Of a stretch of 64,000 nucleotides of DNA, positions 58,041-64,000 are shown piece after piece. A model generated the notes under the pieces. The model searched no databases. It was not told the origin of the DNA and worked only from the letters and a program-made list of their open reading frames with translations. The position numbers and the translations under genes were made by a program. Numbering within the stretch: position 1 is the stretch's first letter; each line of letters begins with the position of its first letter. Where the stretch lies: assembly GCF_058153355.1 (NCBI RefSeq), contig NZ_CM177019.1; one strand, given 5' to 3'.

Positions 58041-59845
58041 TGGAAGGTTCCGATTTTTTACTCGCAGGAGTGCTGTTTCTCTTCGCGGCGGTGGCTGCGG
58101 TGCCGTTGGCATCGCGGCTGGGTATTGGCGCTGTGTTGGGATATTTGCTGGCAGGGATTGCAATTGGCCCGTGGGGGCTAGGGTTTATTCGCGACGTCGA
58201 TGAGATCCTCCACTTTTCGGAACTCGGCGTGGTGTTCCTGATGTTTATCATCGGCCTTGAGTTGAATCCCTCCAAGCTTTGGCAACTGCGGCGTTCGATT
58301 TTTGGCGTAGGCGCGGCACAGGTGCTGTTAAGCGCGGCGTTGCTGGCGGGATTATTGATGCTGACGGATTTCGCCTGGCAGGCGGCGGTGGTCGGTGGCA
58401 TTGGCCTTGCGATGTCTTCAACTGCAATGGCGTTGCAATTGATGCGTGAGAAAGGGATGAATCGCAGCGAATCCGGCCAGTTAGGTTTCTCGGTACTGCT
58501 GTTTCAGGATCTGGCGGTGATCCCGGCACTGGCGTTAGTACCGCTGCTGGCGGGATCGGCAGATGAACATTTTGACTGGATGAAGATCGGCATGAAGGTG
58601 CTGGCGTTTGTCGGCATGCTGATTGGGGGGCGCTATTTACTGCGTCCGGTATTCCGTTTTATTGCTGCTTCTGGCGTGCGGGAAGTGTTCACTGCCGCGA
58701 CGCTGTTGCTGGTGTTGGGTTCTGCATTGTTTATGGATGCGCTGGGGTTGTCGATGGCGCTCGGTACGTTTATTGCGGGCGTGCTGCTGGCGGAAAGTGA
58801 ATATCGCCATGAACTGGAAACGGCTATCGATCCCTTCAAAGGCTTGCTGCTCGGACTGTTTTTTATCTCTGTCGGCATGTCGCTCAACCTCGGGGTGCTT
58901 TATACCCATCTGTTGTGGGTAGTGATAAGCGTGGTTGTGCTGGTGGCGGTGAAAATTCTCGTGCTGTATTTGCTGGCGCGGCTGTATGGCGTGCGTAGCT
59001 CAGAGCGGATGCAGTTTGCTGGCGTGTTGAGTCAGGGCGGTGAGTTTGCCTTTGTCCTCTTTTCTACTGCTTCTTCACAACGCTTATTCCAGGGCGACCA
59101 GATGGCGCTATTGCTGGTGACGGTGACGCTTTCCATGATGACCACGCCGCTGCTGATGAAGCTGGTGGATAAATGGCTATCCCGCCAGTTTAACGGACCG
59201 GAAGAAGAAGACGAAAAACCGTGGGTCAACGATGATAAACCCCAGGTCATAGTCGTGGGCTTCGGACGTTTTGGGCAGGTGATTGGTCGTTTGTTGATGG
59301 CCAATAAAATGCGCATTACCGTGCTGGAGCGGGATATCAGCGCCGTTAACCTGATGCGCAAATATGGCTACAAAGTTTATTACGGCGACGCCACGCAGGT
59401 AGATCTTTTACGTTCTGCGGGTGCAGAGGCCGCTGAGTCTATCGTCATTACCTGTAACGAACCGGAAGACACCATGAAGCTGGTGGAGATTTGCCAGCAA
59501 CACTTCCCGCATTTGCATATTCTTGCGCGAGCGCGCGGACGTGTGGAAGCGCATGAGTTATTACAGGCAGGGGTGACGCAGTTTTCTCGTGAGACATTCT
59601 CCAGTGCGTTAGAGCTGGGGCGCAAGACGCTGGTCACGCTTGGCATGCATCCACATCAGGCGCAGCGGGCGCAACTGCATTTTCGCCGCCTGGATATGCG
59701 GATGTTGCGGGAGCTCATCCCAATGCATGCCGATACCGTACAAATTTCTCGCGCCAGGGAAGCCCGACGCGAACTGGAAGAGATTTTCCAGCGTGAAATG
59801 CAACAAGAACGACGCCAGCTGGACGGCTGGGATGAATTTGAGTAG
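58040..59845 (+). CDS. kefB: Glutathione-regulated potassium-efflux system protein KefB
   Basis: 601 aa with a membrane domain plus a C-terminal KTN/RCK domain ([17 protein letters not shown]); ATG overlaps the kefG stop. Confidence 0.95.
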   Translation: MEGSDFLLAGVLFLFAAVAAVPLASRLGIGAVLGYLLAGIAIGPWGLGFIRDVDEILHFSELGVVFLMFIIGLELNPSKLWQLRRSIFGVGAAQVLLSAALLAGLLMLTDFAWQAAVVGGIGLAMSSTAMALQLMREKGMNRSESGQLGFSVLLFQDLAVIPALALVPLLAGSADEHFDWMKIGMKVLAFVGMLIGGRYLLRPVFRFIAASGVREVFTAATLLLVLGSALFMDALGLSMALGTFIAGVLLAESEYRHELETAIDPFKGLLLGLFFISVGMSLNLGVLYTHLLWVVISVVVLVAVKILVLYLLARLYGVRSSERMQFAGVLSQGGEFAFVLFSTASSQRLFQGDQMALLLVTVTLSMMTTPLLMKLVDKWLSRQFNGPEEEDEKPWVNDDKPQVIVVGFGRFGQVIGRLLMANKMRITVLERDISAVNLMRKYGYKVYYGDATQVDLLRSAGAEAAESIVITCNEPEDTMKLVEICQQHFPHLHILARARGRVEAHELLQAGVTQFSRETFSSALELGRKTLVTLGMHPHQAQRAQLHFRRLDMRMLRELIPMHADTVQISRAREARRELEEIFQREMQQERRQLDGWDEFE

Positions 59846-59854
59846 AGGGTAAAG

Positions 59855-60055
59855 ATGGCAATCCGAAAACGTTTTATTGCGGGCGCAAAATGCCCGGCCT
59901 GTCAGGCGCAGGATTCAATGGCGATGTGGCGCGAAAATAATATTGATATTGTTGAATGTGTTAAGTGCGGACATCAGATGCGAGAAGCAGACAAAGAAGC
60001 CCGCGATCACGTTCGCAAAGATGAGCAAGTGATCGGGATTTTTCATCCGGACTAG
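59855..60055 (+). CDS. yheV: Zinc-ribbon protein YheV
   Basis: 66 aa with CPAC...CVKCGH. Confidence 0.85.
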   Translation: MAIRKRFIAGAKCPACQAQDSMAMWRENNIDIVECVKCGHQMREADKEARDHVRKDEQVIGIFHPD

Positions 60056-60149
60056 CGATATGCGCCGAGATTTTTTAAGCTAGTGAGTACACGGCTGCAG
60101 AATTCCGCTACAATCTGCGCCACTATTCTTCCCATGCTCAGGAGATATC

Positions 60150-60734
60150 ATGAAAGTAGCAAAAGACCTGGTGGTCAGCCTGGCCTATCAGGTACGTACA
60201 GAAGACGGTGTGTTGGTTGATGAGTCTCCGGTGAGTGCGCCGCTGGACTACCTGCATGGTCACGGTTCCCTGATCTCTGGCCTGGAAACGGCGCTGGAAG
60301 GTCACGAAGTTGGCGACAAATTTGATGTCGCTGTTGGCGCGAACGACGCTTACGGTCAGTACGACGAAAACCTGGTGCAACGCGTTCCTAAAGACGTATT
60401 TATGGGCGTTGATGAACTGCAGGTTGGTATGCGTTTCCTGGCTGAAACCGACCAGGGTCCGGTACCGGTTGAAATCACTGCGGTTGAAGACGATCACGTC
60501 GTGGTTGATGGTAACCACATGCTGGCCGGTCAGAACCTGAAATTCAACGTTGAAGTTGTGGCGATTCGCGAAGCGACTGAAGAAGAGCTGGCTCATGGCC
60601 ACGTTCACGGTGCGCACGATCATCACCACGATCACGACGGTTGCTGCGGTGGTCATGGCCACGATCACGGTCATGAACACGGTGGCGAAGGCTGCTGCGG
60701 CGGTAAAGGTAACGGCGGTTGCGGTTGCCACTAA
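60150..60734 (+). CDS. slyD: FKBP-type peptidyl-prolyl isomerase SlyD with His/Cys-rich metal-binding tail
   Basis: MKVAKDLVVSLAYQVRTEDGVLVDESPVSAPLDYLHGHGSLISGLE..., ending in a HGHVHGAHDHHHDHDGCCGG... tail. Confidence 0.95.
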   Translation: MKVAKDLVVSLAYQVRTEDGVLVDESPVSAPLDYLHGHGSLISGLETALEGHEVGDKFDVAVGANDAYGQYDENLVQRVPKDVFMGVDELQVGMRFLAETDQGPVPVEITAVEDDHVVVDGNHMLAGQNLKFNVEVVAIREATEEELAHGHVHGAHDHHHDHDGCCGGHGHDHGHEHGGEGCCGGKGNGGCGCH

Positions 60735-60751
60735 TACCGAAAAAGTGACAA

Positions 60752-60778
60752 AAAAGCGGGGAATCCCCGCTTTTTTTA
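60752..60778. terminator. Bidirectional intrinsic terminator (slyD / slyX)
   Basis: aaaaagcggggaatccccgcttttttt. Confidence 0.8.
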
Positions 60779-60782
60779 CGCC

Positions 60783-61001
60783 TCAATAATGTGGCGGTGG
60801 CGTTTCTTCAGCCTGCGACGCGATGTTCGACGGCTGGCTGGCTTTTAGCTTCTCGGTCAGCAGACGCAGATGATCGCGCAGTTTCGCCATCTCCATTTCA
60901 TGAGCGGTCACCGTGACGTTCAGTTCTTCAATGGTGATTTCCTGAAAAGCCAGTCGGCTCTCCAGCTCTGCCAGGCGTGCTTCCAATGATAAATCCTGCA
61001 T
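60783..61001 (-). CDS. slyX: Protein SlyX
   Basis: 72 aa, [28 protein letters not shown]... (coiled coil). Confidence 0.9.
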
Positions 61002-61221
61002 GATTCACCTCTTTTGTCGAATGGTCGCCGCGGATTCTACTTAACTTTGCTGCCCGAGACAGCACTCATTTCGCGGTCATCGAAACTAATTTAAACAAAA
61101 AGAGTCTGAAAATAGATGATAATAGGGCGTGTCTGTATGTAGATTTGTTCGACAACGCTTTATAGTACCCTTCTGATAATAGTTAACCCTGGGGTGAGAT
61201 GCCCCGATCCTGGAGATATGG

Positions 61222-62034
61222 ATGAAATCACTGTTTAAAGTAACGCTGCTGGCGACCACAATGGCCGTTGCCCTGCATGCACCGATCACTTTTGCTGCTG
61301 AAGCTGCAAAACCTGCTACAACTGCTGACAGCAAAGCAGCGTTCAAAAATGACGATCAGAAATCAGCTTATGCACTGGGTGCTTCGCTGGGTCGTTACAT
61401 GGAAAACTCTCTTAAAGAACAAGAAAAACTGGGCATCAAACTGGATAAAGATCAGCTGATTGCGGGTGTTCAGGATGCATTTGCTGATAAGAGCAAACTC
61501 TCCGACCAAGAGATCGAACAGACACTGCAAGCATTCGAAGCTCGCGTGAAGTCTTCTGCTCAGGCGAAGATGGAAAAAGACGCGGCAGATAACGAAGCGA
61601 AAGGTAAAGAGTACCGCGAGAAATTTGCCAAAGAGAAAGGTGTGAAAACCTCTTCAACTGGTCTGGTTTATCAGGTAGTAGAAGCCGGTAAAGGCGAAGC
61701 ACCGAAAGACAGCGATACTGTTGTCGTGAACTACAAGGGTACGCTGATCGACGGTAAAGAGTTCGACAACTCTTACACCCGTGGTGAACCGCTCTCTTTC
61801 CGTCTGGACGGTGTTATTCCGGGTTGGACAGAAGGTCTGAAGAACATCAAGAAAGGCGGTAAGATCAAACTGGTTATTCCACCAGAACTGGCTTACGGCA
61901 AAGCGGGTGTTCCGGGGATCCCACCGAATTCTACCCTGGTGTTTGACGTAGAGCTGCTGGATGTGAAACCAGCGCCGAAGGCTGATGCAAAGCCGGAAGC
62001 TGATGCGAAAGCCGCAGATTCTGCTAAAAAATAA
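61222..62034 (+). CDS. fkpA: Periplasmic FKBP-type peptidyl-prolyl isomerase FkpA
   Basis: 270 aa with a signal peptide, dimerisation helices and an FKBP domain (…VVNYKGTLIDGKEFDNSY…). Confidence 0.95.
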   Translation: MKSLFKVTLLATTMAVALHAPITFAAEAAKPATTADSKAAFKNDDQKSAYALGASLGRYMENSLKEQEKLGIKLDKDQLIAGVQDAFADKSKLSDQEIEQTLQAFEARVKSSAQAKMEKDAADNEAKGKEYREKFAKEKGVKTSSTGLVYQVVEAGKGEAPKDSDTVVVNYKGTLIDGKEFDNSYTRGEPLSFRLDGVIPGWTEGLKNIKKGGKIKLVIPPELAYGKAGVPGIPPNSTLVFDVELLDVKPAPKADAKPEADAKAADSAKK

Positions 62035-62043
62035 GCATTAAGA

Positions 62044-62074
62044 ACCGCCGCCTGACCAGGCGGCGGTTTTTTTA
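62044..62074 (+). terminator. Intrinsic terminator after fkpA
   Basis: accgccgcctgaccaggcggcggtttttttatt. Confidence 0.8.
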
Positions 62075-62200
62075 TTACAGGCCGGATATAATTAGTGCTG
62101 GAAAGCGGAACCTCCGCTGTATTAATTTAGTTACCCGCATCATTAATGAGCCTGCCCTGAAAAGTTAACGACAGGCTCCTGAAAAGGAGTGTTTTTTTTC

Positions 62201-63308
<1,108 letters not shown>

Positions 63309-63309
<1 letters not shown>

Positions 63310-63668
63310 TGAAACGAATTGCGTTTGTTTTTTCTACTGCGCCTCATGGTACCGCTGCAGGCCGGGAAGGTTTAGATGCTTTACTGGCAACTTCCGCATT
63401 AACTGACGATCTGGCTGTCTTCTTTATTGCTGATGGCGTTTTTCAGCTGTTGCCAGGACAAAAGCCCGATGCAGTGCTGGCGCGTGATTACATTGCCACT
63501 TTTAAATTGTTGGGTCTGTACGACATTGAACAGTGCTGGGTTTGTGCGGCTTCACTGCGCGAACGCGGGTTAGATCCGCAGACCCCCTTTGTTGTCGAAG
63601 CCACGCCGCTCGAAGCAGATGCCTTACGCCGCGAACTCGCCAACTACGATGTTATTTTGAGGTTTTGA
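63309..63668 (+). CDS. tusC: Sulfur relay protein TusC
   Basis: 119 aa, [26 protein letters not shown]... Confidence 0.9.
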
Positions 63669-63675
63669 GGCGTTT

Positions 63676-63963
63676 ATGCTGCACACATTACATCGTTCAC
63701 CCTGGCTGACGGATTTTGCTGCGCTGTTGCGTCTACTCAGTGAAGGCGACGAACTGCTATTATTGCAAGATGGTGTAACTGCCGCAGTTGACGGTAACCG
63801 CTACCTTGAAAGTCTGCGTAATGCCCCCATTAAGGTCTATGCCCTGAACGAAGACCTTATTGCCCGCGGTTTGACTGGTCAAATTTCGAACGACATCATT
63901 CCCATTGACTATACTGATTTCGTCAGACTTACGGTTAAGCACTCCAGCCAGATGGCCTGGTGA
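63676..63963 (+). CDS. tusB: Sulfur relay protein TusB
   Basis: 95 aa, [21 protein letters not shown]... Confidence 0.9.
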   Translation: MLHTLHRSPWLTDFAALLRLLSEGDELLLLQDGVTAAVDGNRYLESLRNAPIKVYALNEDLIARGLTGQISNDIIPIDYTDFVRLTVKHSSQMAW

Positions 63964-63985
63964 TGGCGGGATCGTTGTATATTTC

Positions 63986-63991
63986 TTGACA
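63986..63991 (+). promoter_or_regulatory. Probable -35 hexamer (TTGACA) of the rpsL (str operon) promoter
   Basis: A consensus TTGACA lies immediately downstream of tusB, where rpsL follows in K-12. The -10 is beyond the window. Confidence 0.35.
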
Positions 63992-64000
63992 CCTTTTCGG

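Overview
This window is an Escherichia coli-type chromosomal segment, collinear in reverse orientation with the K-12 feoB-to-tusB region. Gene order: feoB (partial)-feoA, tex(yhgF), greB, ompR-envZ, [3-gene insertion], pck, yhgE, hslO-hslR-yrfG-igaA, nudE, mrcA, hofMNOPQ, aroK-aroB-damX-dam-rpe-gph-trpS, yhfZYXW-php-yhfUTS, yhfL, cysG-nirC-nirD-nirB, tsgA, ppiA, yhfG-fic-pabA, argD, yhfK, crp, yhfA, prkB, yheUTS, kefGB-yheV, slyD, slyX, fkpA, yheO-tusDCB, ending in the rpsL promoter region. Gene identities come from reading the supplied translations against remembered E. coli proteins; no search was run. I saw no rRNA, tRNA, CRISPR array, IS element or integrase. Two things differ from the K-12 layout as I remember it. 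(1) A ~2.6 kb AT-rich insertion (about 6802-9402) lies between the convergent envZ and pck genes and carries a compact three-gene operon of uncharacterised proteins: a SUKH/SMI1-KNR4-like protein with a helical-repeat C-terminus, a small Trp-rich soluble protein, and a 2-TM membrane protein. This is the best candidate for an undescribed accessory system (orphan immunity cassette or anti-phage/abortive-infection module). (2) The frlABCDR fructoselysine operon is absent between yhfS and yhfL. REP elements, several intrinsic terminators and known FNR/Fur/CRP-type sites are also annotated.
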